DNA from: an uncultured Verrucomicrobiae bacterium
Lineage (GTDB): Bacteria > Verrucomicrobiota > Verrucomicrobiia > Chthoniobacterales > Terrimicrobiaceae
DNA length: 64,000 bases
NCBI GenBank assembly: GCA_963706955.1
Contig: CAVPOC010000004.1
Location: forward strand, 110,277 to 174,276
Direction: 5' to 3'
How positions within the stretch are numbered: the stretch's first letter is position 1; each line of letters starts with the position of its first letter. Made by a program: the position numbers and the translations under genes. This document shows, piece after piece, positions 42,481-53,535 of the stretch. The notes beneath the pieces were generated by a model that made no database searches, was not told where the DNA came from, and worked only from the letters and a program-made list of their open reading frames with translations.

Positions 42481-43571
42481 GTGTCGCCCTGATTCTCCGC
42501 ATTCTTCTTGCCGCGCGTTAGGCTCGGTAAGCGGCGGCGCTTGAAGGCGTCCCATCCGGGAAGAAGCTTGTGAAAGAGCTTCTTGGCCTCGCTAATCGGA
42601 ATATCCTCCACGAAGTAAGCGATCGCGGTCCGGCCGACAGCGTAAGTGCCCGCTCCGGCGACCATCCCGGAAACTGCATTCCCCCATATCGGAACGATCT
42701 TGATAATGGCGCGCGCCCCTTCCCGAAAGAGAATGCCGACGCCGATGTTCAGGCCGAGAGCACCAACAAACTCGCCGAAGGTCCGCGCAGTGACCGGCTT
42801 TCCCGTCGTATAGATGATCAGCCCGATCATCAGAGTCTGCAGCGTCGTAAGAATCGGCATGTCGGCCAGGGGAATCGGTTGCAAACCGATGACGCCACAG
42901 ACCGCCGTAAAGGATTTCAAGAGCGAACTTGCAATCTGAGCCTGCGCTTCCTTAGCTCCCGAAAGTCGCGCAAATTCCAGTCTGGCCACATGCGGCAGTG
43001 CCGCACAAATTGCGTCCGGGACTGAATCGCCCTCTTCCGGTGCGTAGACAGTTGTTCGGTGAGTGGAAAACTCTCGTTTTCCGCCCAAGAGGGCCGCAAG
43101 GCGTGCCCGGGAGTTGCCTCCTCCGAAAGCTATGCCCATGAGTGGCGTCTCTTTGGGGCACGCCGACAAACGTGCTGCGGCCAAGCCCAAGGCGGTCTGA
43201 TTGTCTTCCGCATCCCTCAACAGCAAGGCGACGTCGGGCACGAATCGCAGTAGCGCCGCATCAAAGGCCCCCTGGGGAGCATCCTGTCGCGCGTCGAGCA
43301 CGAGAATCTCGCCGCGTTCTGGCACCCGGTAAGTCCGCCATCCGTTGTCGCTCTCGCCCGTTTCGACACTAATATCAGCGATGGAATGCAAGAACTCGGG
43401 AACGCTTTTTCCAGCAGTCCCCAAAAGCAGGATCCTCGCTGGACGTTGCTCGAGGAAAAGCTCGCGTATCGGGACGAGCTCGCGAAGGATCGGCTTCTGC
43501 AACCCGCCCGGGAGTTTCTCGACGAGCTTGGTCAGCCGATCATAGAGACTCAGTAGAGTTTCACGGTTCAA
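42477..43571 (-). CDS. YcjF/DUF697-like protein with degenerate P-loop region
   Basis: RILLLGTAGKS; C-terminal QPIPLADMPILTTLQ...KIVPIWGNAVSGMVAGAGTYAVG. Confidence 0.75.
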   Translation of the reverse strand: MNRETLLSLYDRLTKLVEKLPGGLQKPILRELVPIRELFLEQRPARILLLGTAGKSVPEFLHSIADISVETGESDNGWRTYRVPERGEILVLDARQDAPQGAFDAALLRFVPDVALLLRDAEDNQTALGLAAARLSACPKETPLMGIAFGGGNSRARLAALLGGKREFSTHRTTVYAPEEGDSVPDAICAALPHVARLEFARLSGAKEAQAQIASSLLKSFTAVCGVIGLQPIPLADMPILTTLQTLMIGLIIYTTGKPVTARTFGEFVGALGLNIGVGILFREGARAIIKIVPIWGNAVSGMVAGAGTYAVGRTAIAYFVEDIPISEAKKLFHKLLPGWDAFKRRRLPSLTRGKKNAENQGDT

Positions 43572-44052
43572 AGTTGCGGAGGCTTTGGATGACCGTCTCG
43601 GCGTGTTCTTCGGGCTTCACGCTCCGAAAAATTGATTTGATGCGTCCGTCTGGTCGAATCACGAAGGTGCTGCGTTCGGTCCCCATGTAGGTCCGGCCCT
43701 CCTTATTCTTCTCCACCCAAACGCCGTAGTTCTGGACGATGCGTTGTGCTTCATCGCTGATCAGCGGAAATGGCAAGTTGTGCTTGGCGATGAATTTGGA
43801 GTGACTCTCCGGTGAGTCGACGCTGATGCCGAAGACAGTAGCGCCAGCTTCGAGAAAAGGCTCATATCTGTCCCGCACTCCGCAAGCTTGAGCGGTGCAG
43901 CCGGGGGTATCATCCTTAGGATAAAAATAAAGGACGACGGTTTTACCTTTAAAATCCGAAAGGCTGACCGACTGGCCATTGTGGTAGGGACCTCCCACCG
44001 CAACTGCTGAGAAATCTGGTGCCAGGTCTCCGGGAGCAAGTGGTTGCGACAT
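43561..44052 (-). CDS. bcp: Thioredoxin-dependent peroxiredoxin Bcp
   Basis: VLYFYPKDDTPGCTAQAC, ERSTFVI. Confidence 0.94.
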   Translation of the reverse strand: MSQPLAPGDLAPDFSAVAVGGPYHNGQSVSLSDFKGKTVVLYFYPKDDTPGCTAQACGVRDRYEPFLEAGATVFGISVDSPESHSKFIAKHNLPFPLISDEAQRIVQNYGVWVEKNKEGRTYMGTERSTFVIRPDGRIKSIFRSVKPEEHAETVIQSLRNFEP

Positions 44053-44137
44053 GTGCAGACAATTTACCGCGGGTTGGCCATTTGCAAGTCTGCAGAGACC
44101 CTGGTAGAGCAGCGTTGAACCTGCAACGATTCGTGCT

Positions 44138-45367
44138 TTGCTTCGCAGAAGCTTGAAGACGCTACGCGCACGGATCGTATTGCCCCTTGGCAGCCCGCCG
44201 ATTGAGGACGGTTACGTCCATCTCAATGGGGGCCGGATCGTTGCGGTGGGCCGGTCGCGCGATCTCGCCTCTAGGACATTCGAAGACCTTGGTGATCAAA
44301 TCCTCATGCCTGGTCTCATCAACGCGCACTGTCATCTCGACTTCACAGTCATGCGAGGTGCCATTCTCCAGCAGGAAAGCTTTTCACATTGGGTTCGGCG
44401 GATAAACGATCTCAAGCGCACCCTCACTGATGAAGACTATCTGCTATCTATCTCCAACGGCTTTGCCGAGCTGCGCCGCTGGGGAACAACCACGGTCTTT
44501 AATATCGAATCGTTTCCCGAGCTCATGGTGCAGGTGCCGCCTCCGCCGATTCGCGCCTGGTGGTTTTATGAACTTATCGACGTCCGAAATCGCATCCACA
44601 CCGAGGACGTCGTGGCGGGAGCATTGACGTTCTTCGAAAAGCACCCCAACTGGCTCGGTGGATTCGGACTCTCGCCCCATGCGCCTTACACGACCTCGAA
44701 TGCACTTTATAAGTTGGCGAAATTTTGTTGCGAGAAATACGCGATGCCATGGACGACGCATCTTGCCGAGACGGACGAAGAATTCGAAATGTTCGTGAGC
44801 GCGTCCGGCCCGTTACACGACTTTCTTAAAGGTTTGGGGCGCGGCATGCACGACGTTGGCGGTATAACCCCTGTGGCCCGGCTCTTCCTCGACCGTCTTG
44901 TTCCCAGAGGGGGAATCTTGGCGCACATGAATTTCCTGTCGGACCAGGACTATGAGCTCCTCGCCTCTCAAGCTAAGACCATCACCGTCGTCCACTGTCC
45001 AAAATGCCATGAGTATTTTGGACGACCGCCCTTTGAGCTCGACCGCTTTCGCTCGATCGGCGTCCCCGTTTGTCTAGGCACCGACAGTCTTGCCAGCAAT
45101 ACATCGCTAAGTCTTTTCGAGGAAATGCGTCACGTCCTCCGTAACTTTCCCCATCTCTCTGCAGAAGAGATCATCGATATGACCACACGTCGCCCAGCAA
45201 AAGCGATCGGCATGTCGGGCGAACTGGGCGAGATCGCCCCAGGTGCTCACGCTGACTTGATCGCTATTCCTTACGCGGGAAAGATCGGCGACGCCTTCGA
45301 TGCTTTAATCGAGTATTCGGCCCCGGTCAGTTGGATGATGGTGGGGGGTCGACCTCAGAGGATATGA
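44138..45367 (+). CDS. Amidohydrolase family deaminase (possibly aminodeoxyfutalosine deaminase-like)
   Basis: PGLINAHCHLD, SPHAPY, HLAET, HCP, LGTDSLASN; substrate is inference. Confidence 0.85.
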   Translation: MLRRSLKTLRARIVLPLGSPPIEDGYVHLNGGRIVAVGRSRDLASRTFEDLGDQILMPGLINAHCHLDFTVMRGAILQQESFSHWVRRINDLKRTLTDEDYLLSISNGFAELRRWGTTTVFNIESFPELMVQVPPPPIRAWWFYELIDVRNRIHTEDVVAGALTFFEKHPNWLGGFGLSPHAPYTTSNALYKLAKFCCEKYAMPWTTHLAETDEEFEMFVSASGPLHDFLKGLGRGMHDVGGITPVARLFLDRLVPRGGILAHMNFLSDQDYELLASQAKTITVVHCPKCHEYFGRPPFELDRFRSIGVPVCLGTDSLASNTSLSLFEEMRHVLRNFPHLSAEEIIDMTTRRPAKAIGMSGELGEIAPGAHADLIAIPYAGKIGDAFDALIEYSAPVSWMMVGGRPQRI

Positions 45368-47604
45368 TCGCCCAGATACTGGCGCAGCCGCAAAGCGGCA
45401 GCTTGGTTCGAAGCAGCCAGCAGCTCCTTGCCTGCCATTTCGAATCGGTCTGCAAGTCCAAGAAGGCGCACGGACTCCTCGATAGGAACATCGTTGGCCA
45501 AAATCCACAAGCGCAGGCGAGCAATCCACTCATGTATGTCGTCCAAGGCTGCTTCGAGTCGCGCCCGCGTTGGAATCAAAGTTTCACGCAGATGGAACAT
45601 GTCGGCCTGGGACGACAACTCTGCACCCATGACTTCCCGAAGCGAAAGCAAGGCCTGGCGGCCGTCTTCGGCCTGAGGCGGGGGCAGCAGCGGGAGCAAT
45701 TGTCCCGCCGATGTCAAGAGATGGCCCGCCGCGCGCCGGAGCGTCCTCAGATACTCGCGCAGCCGTGGAGGTTCGTCTTCCGGGCAATCCGGTTTGTTCA
45801 TCACGGCGACCCATTTCATCGCTTCACCCGGGATGAGGGCGAGTCGTTGATGAAGCCAAAGTGGTCGCTTATCCGGGGGAACTTCCAATAGCAAACCGCA
45901 GAGCCGAAGCAATTCCAAAATGCGATCACGAATCTCCCACTGCGGGAGCACCGGCCAGAAAAGCCGCTGAATTAAGGCGGACAAAATAAGACCCATTACG
46001 ATTCCAAAATAGACACCAACGATGGATTCAAACGTAACTGGCCTTTGCGCATTAAGGCCCATTACGCCGACGATCGCCAAGAGGGCGATTTGCATTCCGA
46101 AGCTAACTCCCGGTATTGGTTGGCTGAGATAACCGAACAGGAACATGGCGACGAAGAGCAGAAGGTTAAAAACCAGATAGTCCGAAAGCGCCGGCGTGAG
46201 GACCAGGAGAGCAAGAACGTAGAGGATGCCGCCGAGCGCCGTATATACGACACAATGGAAAGCGCGACGATCTCCTTGTCCTCCGACATATAAGCGAGAA
46301 AGCGCTGTAGAAACCCAAGTCGCCAGCACAAGCATCGAAGCGCCGGGAGGATGAAGCCAGTTTTGGATGAAAAGGGCTATGGTTACCGCGATGGACGCCT
46401 TTATTCCATTGCGAATCCAAAAAGGATCAAGGGGAGGGGAGGGTGCAGGCCTGGTCTCGCGAGAGGGCAGGAGAGGATTCGCTGGAAGCGAGTCGAGGAG
46501 GACGGCGAGCTTGCTCAACTGCTCGACGATTTCGTCAAGCGAGAGGGCATGGGCGGAAAAATGAAGCACCTGCTCGACCGGAATCGACTGGGGAATATTC
46601 GTCTGCCGGAGCGCGTGTAGCTTCTCTCGCCACTGAGCGGAGCTCTCTTTCATCGCGGTGATTGCTGCAGCGCGACGACTGGAGTCCGCTGCTGCCTCGG
46701 CGAAAACGCCGATACAATCGGCAATGGCAGCATGCGCTTTCTCGAGCTCCGCTCGAAGATGAAGCCGCAAGGGAGCTTCTTTCGGAAGAGACTGCACGAT
46801 CATGTCAACCGCCGAGGCCATTCGGCTAAGGCACGAGATGATTTCGGTATAGGTCGGAAGTCTCGTCCGAAAGTATTTGCTCTCCAACGAGCCGAAGTGC
46901 AGCAAGTTTTGCAACTGCGCTATCGCCTCGGAAAAACTGCGCTCGTCAACGCTGGTGGCTGCAGGCGACTGTTCAAAAAGAAGAGCAGAGCGCGCCACGA
47001 GACCTTTGCGCAGCTCCTCGAGTGCCAAACGCATCTTTTCCAAAAATTCGATGCGTGCGTACCTTGGCCAGAGGAGACTTGTCACCAGGACCGCGGAGAT
47101 CACGCCGACGCAAACTTCAACAATTCGCCAAAGCGCTGGCTGCCAGGAAAAGGCAGGGTCGTTCATCCCGTTGCTGGCTACGACCATGGTTGTCAGCGCG
47201 CAGAGGAAGAATGCGTACGGGTATTTGGTATAACCGAACATGGCGGTTCCGAAACCGACCACAGAACCCACCAGCAACAGGTAGAGGATCGGCTGCTGCT
47301 CAAGCCCTGCCGTGAGCAAGTATCCGATGACTCCTCCGGCAACGGTGCCGACAATACGCATGACAGATTTTTCTGCGACCGCCCCTACGAACTGCGCAAG
47401 CATCACGACGAACACCGTGGTGAGAGCCCAGGCGGGCTCTGGCAACCTGATGACCAACGCCAGGAAAACCGAAAGCATCCCCGCAATCCCAAACTTGATC
47501 CCGTGCCGAACGGCCAGGTTCCCAAAGATTTCTTTGGCTCCTTCTCTCCACCGGCCCTGTCCAGCTGCCGCGCTCCTCTCGGAAATGCTTAGTGTCGCCG
47601 CCAT
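45355..47604 (-). CDS. FUSC family membrane efflux protein
   Basis: LPEPAWALTTVFVV, GAVAEKSVMRIVGT, RIVEVCVG; two TM clusters. Confidence 0.88.
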   Translation of the reverse strand: MAATLSISERSAAAGQGRWREGAKEIFGNLAVRHGIKFGIAGMLSVFLALVIRLPEPAWALTTVFVVMLAQFVGAVAEKSVMRIVGTVAGGVIGYLLTAGLEQQPILYLLLVGSVVGFGTAMFGYTKYPYAFFLCALTTMVVASNGMNDPAFSWQPALWRIVEVCVGVISAVLVTSLLWPRYARIEFLEKMRLALEELRKGLVARSALLFEQSPAATSVDERSFSEAIAQLQNLLHFGSLESKYFRTRLPTYTEIISCLSRMASAVDMIVQSLPKEAPLRLHLRAELEKAHAAIADCIGVFAEAAADSSRRAAAITAMKESSAQWREKLHALRQTNIPQSIPVEQVLHFSAHALSLDEIVEQLSKLAVLLDSLPANPLLPSRETRPAPSPPLDPFWIRNGIKASIAVTIALFIQNWLHPPGASMLVLATWVSTALSRLYVGGQGDRRAFHCVVYTALGGILYVLALLVLTPALSDYLVFNLLLFVAMFLFGYLSQPIPGVSFGMQIALLAIVGVMGLNAQRPVTFESIVGVYFGIVMGLILSALIQRLFWPVLPQWEIRDRILELLRLCGLLLEVPPDKRPLWLHQRLALIPGEAMKWVAVMNKPDCPEDEPPRLREYLRTLRRAAGHLLTSAGQLLPLLPPPQAEDGRQALLSLREVMGAELSSQADMFHLRETLIPTRARLEAALDDIHEWIARLRLWILANDVPIEESVRLLGLADRFEMAGKELLAASNQAAALRLRQYLGDHIL

Positions 47605-47772
47605 CAAAACCGAAGTTCACCTTGCCGAGGCTTCAGTTTCAAGCTGTGCGACAAAGAAATTGTTCCGACATTGCATCGAGCGATTTGCAAGCAGTCTGTT
47701 CGGAAATTCCGACCCGCGGATAATCGGCCGCGCTTGCTTCGAGGCCAAAGAAATGGAAAAACCATCCTTGGA

Positions 47773-47994
47773 ATGGACTTCTTCACTCTCCTGCGAACTC
47801 CTGAACTGAGGTTCGGCGATTTTCTGCTGCCGTGGGGAGTTGTGATCGGAATTCTGGGATTTCTCTCAGCCTGGCTGATCGTAAGCGTTATGGAGCGACT
47901 GGGTTGGACCCGAGCTGTCTGGCATCTTCCTCTCTTCTTCGTCGCGCTGGCGGTCTTCCTTGGGTGCATCATCGGTCTCATCTTTGCGCCATGA
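47773..47994 (+). CDS. DUF1656 (AaeX-like) small membrane protein
   Basis: PELRFGDFLLP...VWHLPLFFVAL; ATGA overlap with the HlyD gene. Confidence 0.8.
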   Translation: MDFFTLLRTPELRFGDFLLPWGVVIGILGFLSAWLIVSVMERLGWTRAVWHLPLFFVALAVFLGCIIGLIFAP

Positions 47995-48852
47995 AGGTTT
48001 CCCGTGCCCATATTGTCACCTTCACCATGGTCGCTCTCGCTCTGATCGCGACATTTCTCCTCTACTTGCGCTACTCGACCAGGCCGTGGACGAGGGATGC
48101 CCAGGTGAGAGCAAATGTCGTCGGAATCGCCCCGCGAGTCGCCGGGCCAATCATTCAAATTCCCATCAAGGACAACCAGGCCGTGAAAAAGGGAGATCTG
48201 CTCTTCGAGATCGACCCGTCGACATTTCGAGCGGCGGTGGACAATGCTCAGGCAAAACTTAAGCAAGCTCAGGCCGCGGAAATTCAGACACAACAGGAAC
48301 TCCAGCGACAAAACCAACTTTACGAGACAAAGACCAACGATCTGCGTGACGTGCAAAACGCGCAGGACAATTATGCTCGCCGCTGTTGCCAATACCGCCG
48401 CCGCGCAAGCCAACCTTCGAGACCGCCAGTCTCAACCTCGAATACACCAAAGTGTTCGCTCCTGTTGACGGTTATCTAACGAATGTGAACACCAGTCCCG
48501 GGAACCTATGTCAATGAGGGCGAGCAGCTGCTGGCATTGGTCGATTCCAGTAGCTTCTGGATCGCTGCCTACTTCAAAGAAACCCAGCTTAGGCACGTTC
48601 GCGAAGGCGCCACCGCGAAGATCACTCTCATGGGGCATGATTTCGAGCCCTTTGCAGGTGAGGTCGTCAGCGTCGCCTGGGGAATATTCCTGCAGGATGG
48701 ATCGACGGTTGATCTTTTGCCGGTCGTCAGCCAGACGATTGATTGGGTCCGATTGCCCAATCGCTTTCCCGGTTCGAATTCACGTCACCGGCACGCCCCC
48801 GGTCCCTCTGCGCATCGGTCAAACAGCCTCAGTCGCGATCCAGGGACGTTGA
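47991..48852 (+). CDS. HlyD/AaeA-like membrane fusion protein, several frameshifts
   Basis: PWTRDAQVRANVVGIAPRVAG, DNQAVKKGDLLFEID; later frames AYFKETQL, WVRLPNRF, PVRI. Confidence 0.85.
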
Positions 48853-49496
48853 TTCAGCCGCAATCGAAGATGCCAATTGGCCAAGTTGGAGGGCACTTGT
48901 GCCCAGCGCCAGCGAAAATCCATAGGCACTCGGCACAAGCGCTCTACACACGTCTCGAATTCATGCTGTGGCGACGGGGTATTAGCGTGTCTTAGGTTCG
49001 AGCGAGACAACAGAGTATCACCATTCGACTGCGTTCTGCGGTTGCCAACGACTTCGATGCCCTGTGCGTCGCTTGTCCGATGCTTAGTAACCAATCTGAG
49101 CATCGATCGACCTAAGCACCGTCCACAGCGTCGGATCTGGAATTTTTCTAAGCGAAATGAAGCTTGCGGCGACTGCAGGTGTGTCCGTGATCTTCGGAAT
49201 CGCGAATCTGGCGCAACCCGTCATGTCGAACGGCTCAGCTCACGCCGCTGCTGACGGGCAGATTGTCCAATCCATCGCATTACCGATCGTCCGTTGCCTG
49301 CTTCTGGAAGCCGACCTTCTCCGCACAGATCGGCAGACTGGATGAGCAGTGCACGCTGTCTCGCGTGTCGTTAAAATTCGGGCTGGAAATTTTTTTTAAA
49401 AATTCAGTTGCGCTTTTGTCTTGGCTCGCCACAGTAAAAGCGCTGCCACCCCAACGAACTGGCAGTGAGCATTTTCCATCAAAGAATATGTAACAG

Positions 49497-50758
49497 ATGC
49501 CTCCAGTTCCGCCCATCCCCGTCAACTACTCAAATCTTGGTGACGTCCGATTCGGGCGGTTTTTTTGGGTCATCGCACTGTTCTTGATTTCCTCTCACGC
49601 GCACGTCCGCGCGGCTCAAAGTGTCAGACTGGCGTGGAACGCAAGCCCCAGCTCTGGGGTGACTGGCTACAGGGTCTATTATCGCACATCGTCGGGACGC
49701 CAGAGTATCTCCGTGAACGTGGGCAACGTTCTCACCGCGACGATTTCGGTCTCAATGATGCGCACGACGTATGTGTTCTGGGTCACCGCATACAACAGTG
49801 CCGGGCTCGAGAGCTCCCGTTCTAATGAAGTCTCCTACACGACCCCGTCGTCACCACGGAAACGTATTATCTTACAGTGGATAATGGCACCGGTGACGGT
49901 CCGAATCCCTGGAGCACGTAAGATTCATGATCGGCTGATCCGGCACAACCGGGTAAGGAATTTAAACGTTTGGGAAGGCGATGATCGCGATTCTTGACGA
50001 TTTCACATGACCCAGGACGGAACCCTAACGCAGACATCTCCGAAAATATTACATCCTATCGGGTCCACATGGTCTCACCCCTGGCCTATACGACTGGCAT
50101 TGGGACACATTACGCGAGGCTAGGTATACAATTGACGCGGTTAACCTCTGGAACGACCTGCTGGCCTGCAGTTCACGGCTGGACCGGCAACGTCACGTTC
50201 GGCAGCGCATCATCGCGATTCATTCAAGCGATGCCTTCGTCTCCGCCGTGGTCACCGCGACCTATCCGTTCCTCCGGCGGCACAGGCACTGGACTGCGCG
50301 GAGAGTATTATAATGACCCAACTGATGGAGCGTATCCACTGGAAGATCCGTTCACAGGCTCGCCGGTCCTGACTCGGACAGACGGCACTGTGAATTTTGA
50401 CTGGGGAGATGATTCTCCCGGTTCTCAGGTAAGTTCCGACTATTTTTCGGTGAAGTGGACTGGTCAGGTGAGGGCGCCGGTATCAGGAACCTACACGTTC
50501 ACGGTCACGGGCGATGACGGAGTCCGTCTCTATCTCAACGGCCAATTGGTCATCGACGGATGGACTGACCAGTACCCGACTTCTTACTCGTACACGACTA
50601 CGCTTACCGCTGGGACGTTATATAATATCGAGCTTCATTACTATGAGCATGGTGGCGATGCGAGCTGCCGATTGCGCTGGAGCTACCCGGGGCAGTCGAC
50701 TCAAACAATTCCCTCAAGTCAGCTATATCCGTCAGACTGGACCTTAGATGATATCTAG
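49497..50758 (+). pseudogene. FN3 + PA14 domain exported protein, heavily frameshifted
   Basis: FN3: VRLAWNASPSSGVTGYRVYY...VTAYNSAGLESSRSNEVS; PA14: GTGLRGEYY, FSVKWTGQV, DDGVRLYLNGQLVIDGW. Middle part out of frame; pseudogene versus sequencing error unresolved. Confidence 0.7.
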
Positions 50759-50809
50759 AGCTCTTTCAGGAGTTCCCAACACCGGAGAATAGCGAGAGTG
50801 CCGCTCGTG

Positions 50810-51378
50810 CTATTTGCTTCCCGGCTTAATGGCGGGAATGCCCGCGAGGTCGTCCGGCAAGTTGTCCGGTTCGAAGGTCTCAACGTTCATCTGAACAAGG
50901 GAGACGAACGGACAACCGAAATCCGGCAGGGAGCCACCGCTGCGATCAACGATCGAGCCCGCCGCCGCCACGATCCCTCCATGTTTTCGCACGATCTGAA
51001 TGGTCTCTTGCACGCGTCCTCCCCGGGTAACGACATCTTCGGCGACCAAAAACGTCTCGTTTGGCGCGATCGTAAATCCACGGCGAAGGACCAGACTGCC
51101 CGCGTCGTCCTTTTCGGCAAATATGTGCCTCATGCCAAGATGTCGCGCGATCTTCCTGTCCAACGATAATTCCTCCGATCGCCGGCGAAATCACCGTTGT
51201 CAGCTTCGAAAGGCCTTAACTTCTCCGCCAGCAACCCGCATACGTGAGCAGCCGCGCGAGCATCTTGTAGCAGGAGCGCACATTGAAAAAACTGCCGGCT
51301 ATGCAGACCGGAACGAAGAACGAAGTGACCCTGCAAGAGGGCGCCGGTTTTGCGGAAAAGATCGAGAACGTCGGTCAC
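50810..51378 (-). CDS. pyrE: Orotate phosphoribosyltransferase (two frameshifts near 51165-51195)
   Basis: GHFVLRSGLHS, VISPAIGGI, FAEK, PRPP motif LVAEDVVTRGG, KPGSK. Confidence 0.92.
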
Positions 51379-51467
51379 AGGTCGATTTTGATGCGTGCGA
51401 GAAAGTGGACAGGCTAGCTTACCGCTGCGGCGTCAATCAATTTTCATCAGTTTGACGTGCGGCTTCT

Positions 51468-52268
51468 TCATTGGTTCGCTGCACTGACAAAGGAGAGGCC
51501 CTTGTCTTGTCGATCCAGAAATTCAAGTGCGAGTGCGCGGTAAGCGGCGGCTCCCACGCCGGACGGATCGTGCTCGAGGATGGTTCGCCCATGGCTAGGC
51601 GCTTCACCGAAACGGATGGTCCGCGGGATTACGGTTTGAAAGGCGACCTCTTGAAAATGGTCGCGCACTTCCTTGACCACCGCTGGATTTAGATTTGTGC
51701 GATTATCAAACATCGTCATCAGCAAACCACAAATGCTGAGACCCGGGTTTGCTCCGCAAGCCCGAATCTGATCGGTCACCTGCATGAGAAGTCCCAAGCC
51801 TTCCAGAGCATAGTATTCGCATTGTATCGGAATGAGAACTTCATCGGCTGCCGCAAGCGCGTTGGACATCAGGATTCCAAGCGAAGGAGGGCAGTCGAAA
51901 AACATGAACTCGAACTCGTTTTGAGCGCGCAGCGGCTCGATGACTCTGCGAAGCTGAAGGAGGTGTTCGTTCATGCGGGCTACCTCGACCTCGGCGCCAG
52001 CCAAGTCAAGGTCAGCCGGAATCGCGAAAAGGTTCGACATTCGGGTGGCAACGACAAGATCCTGCACCGGCCGGGCACCGATCATAGCTTGGTAGAGGCT
52101 TTGTCCACCCAGATCGCCCAGCGCGAGGGCGCTGGTGGCATTGCCTTGAGGATCCAAGTCGGCGAGAAGCACTCTGCGGCCATTTTCCGCAAGCGCGGCC
52201 GACAGGTTTAGCGAGGTTGTCGTTTTGCCCACGCCGCCTTTTTGGTTTGCGACAGCGATTATCTTCAC
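51468..52268 (-). CDS. parA: ParA/Soj family ATPase
   Basis: GTG start 52268: KIIAVANQKGGVGKTT, DLDPQGNA, DCPPSLG, IPIQCEYYALEG, EAPSHG. Confidence 0.93.
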   Translation of the reverse strand: MKIIAVANQKGGVGKTTTSLNLSAALAENGRRVLLADLDPQGNATSALALGDLGGQSLYQAMIGARPVQDLVVATRMSNLFAIPADLDLAGAEVEVARMNEHLLQLRRVIEPLRAQNEFEFMFFDCPPSLGILMSNALAAADEVLIPIQCEYYALEGLGLLMQVTDQIRACGANPGLSICGLLMTMFDNRTNLNPAVVKEVRDHFQEVAFQTVIPRTIRFGEAPSHGRTILEHDPSGVGAAAYRALALEFLDRQDKGLSFVSAANQ

Positions 52269-53480
52269 AACGAACGTCTTGAATAATACGCCACGAAGCC
52301 TTCTGCAACCGCGTCGGCGTACTCGCGATAATATACTCTTGCGCATAACCCCGCCGAAGTCACGAACCCCCTCGTAATCCCCGGCTTGGATGCGTTCGAA
52401 GACGAGGCGACTGTTCATCACATAAGGCTCGATATAGACCACTGGGCATGCAAACAGCCGATTTGCGAGAAGATTACGTGCCCAGACATACGGATTGGCA
52501 TTCACCCGTACAGCCGCGCTCGTGCGATAAACATAGGGCGGCAATCCCGTCGCTGCAGACATCTTGCGAGACATGACGTTGGTTAGCGCAACTTCCTCGA
52601 GAAATGAGCGATTGAGAAGCTTAACGAGCATGTCAAAACGCTGGTCCTCATAACTAATCTCCTGCGCGCTCAGAGCGCCGGTGATTAGGAAATGAAGGTG
52701 ATTCTGATCGACAACTTGAGGGTGTACCTCGGATCACCCCAGCCCTCCGCATTAAAGTGGAGGCAAATGACCACATCCGGTCGTATGACGTGATTGACGA
52801 GGGTTGCACGCCGCCGGATTTCTGCCACGCGATAAAAGAGACGCTCACTCTCCTTCTTAATGGCTGCCTGATCACCGGGAATTCCTTGGTCGACCAGCGA
52901 TTCCGCCGCAGCTGTGCCCAGCTGGCCGATGAGCAGTGACGTTGCCGGCGCTGGCCTGCTCCGCGTCAGGAAAACCTCCGCTCCCAGCTTTTCCAGGCGT
53001 GGTGCCAGGAGTTGCGCAACTGTAAGCGTCATGTCTCCCTCGGTGACCGGTGGCGCCTCGCCAATCTGAAACCATCGTTCTTCCATCTTCGCCCAATAAC
53101 CGCCGATATGACCCGGATCGAGGGCAATCCGGAGTCCTGCCAGAGGCCGGTTCGGCTCTTCGGGCGGCAGCTGCAGGCGACTGCGCCAATATCGCGGAAT
53201 CGATTTGGCGGTCTCGCGCGAGGAGGCGAAGCGCAATAGAAACGGCGGAGCTTCCGGTTGGGTCACGACGACCGCCGCCGTCTCCTCAACGGCAATTGTC
53301 TCCTTCCACGCGCCGCCAGGAGCATAAACCTTGTCAAGCAACGCGAGAAAGTCCCGGCGCGTAATCGTCTCCTGAAAGGCGTTCAATTTCGACCAATCCG
53401 GTTGCGGAGCCAGCGGAGTGAGCACTCCGAAGGCCGAGCTCGAAATCAGAGAGAAAAATCGTGATGGCTTCAGGAACTCT
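52265..53480 (-). CDS. N-acetylmuramoyl-L-alanine amidase-like protein (frameshifted, start approximate)
   Basis: IALDPGHIGG, EGDMTL, VFLTR, CLHFNA, VYIEPYVMN; rebuilt C-terminus YREYADAVAEGFVAYYSRRSL* overlaps the parA start (GTGA). Confidence 0.8.
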
Positions 53481-53535
53481 CAAAGTGCGGGATTTTTTAC
53501 ACTGTGCCGGCGGGAAATTTCGATACAAACGAGGC

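Noticed and set aside
51468..52631. Apparent 387-aa amidase-ParA fusion ORF
   Set aside because: One extra base near 52330 joins the amidase tail to the parA frame; removing it gives a normal amidase stop overlapping the parA GTG.
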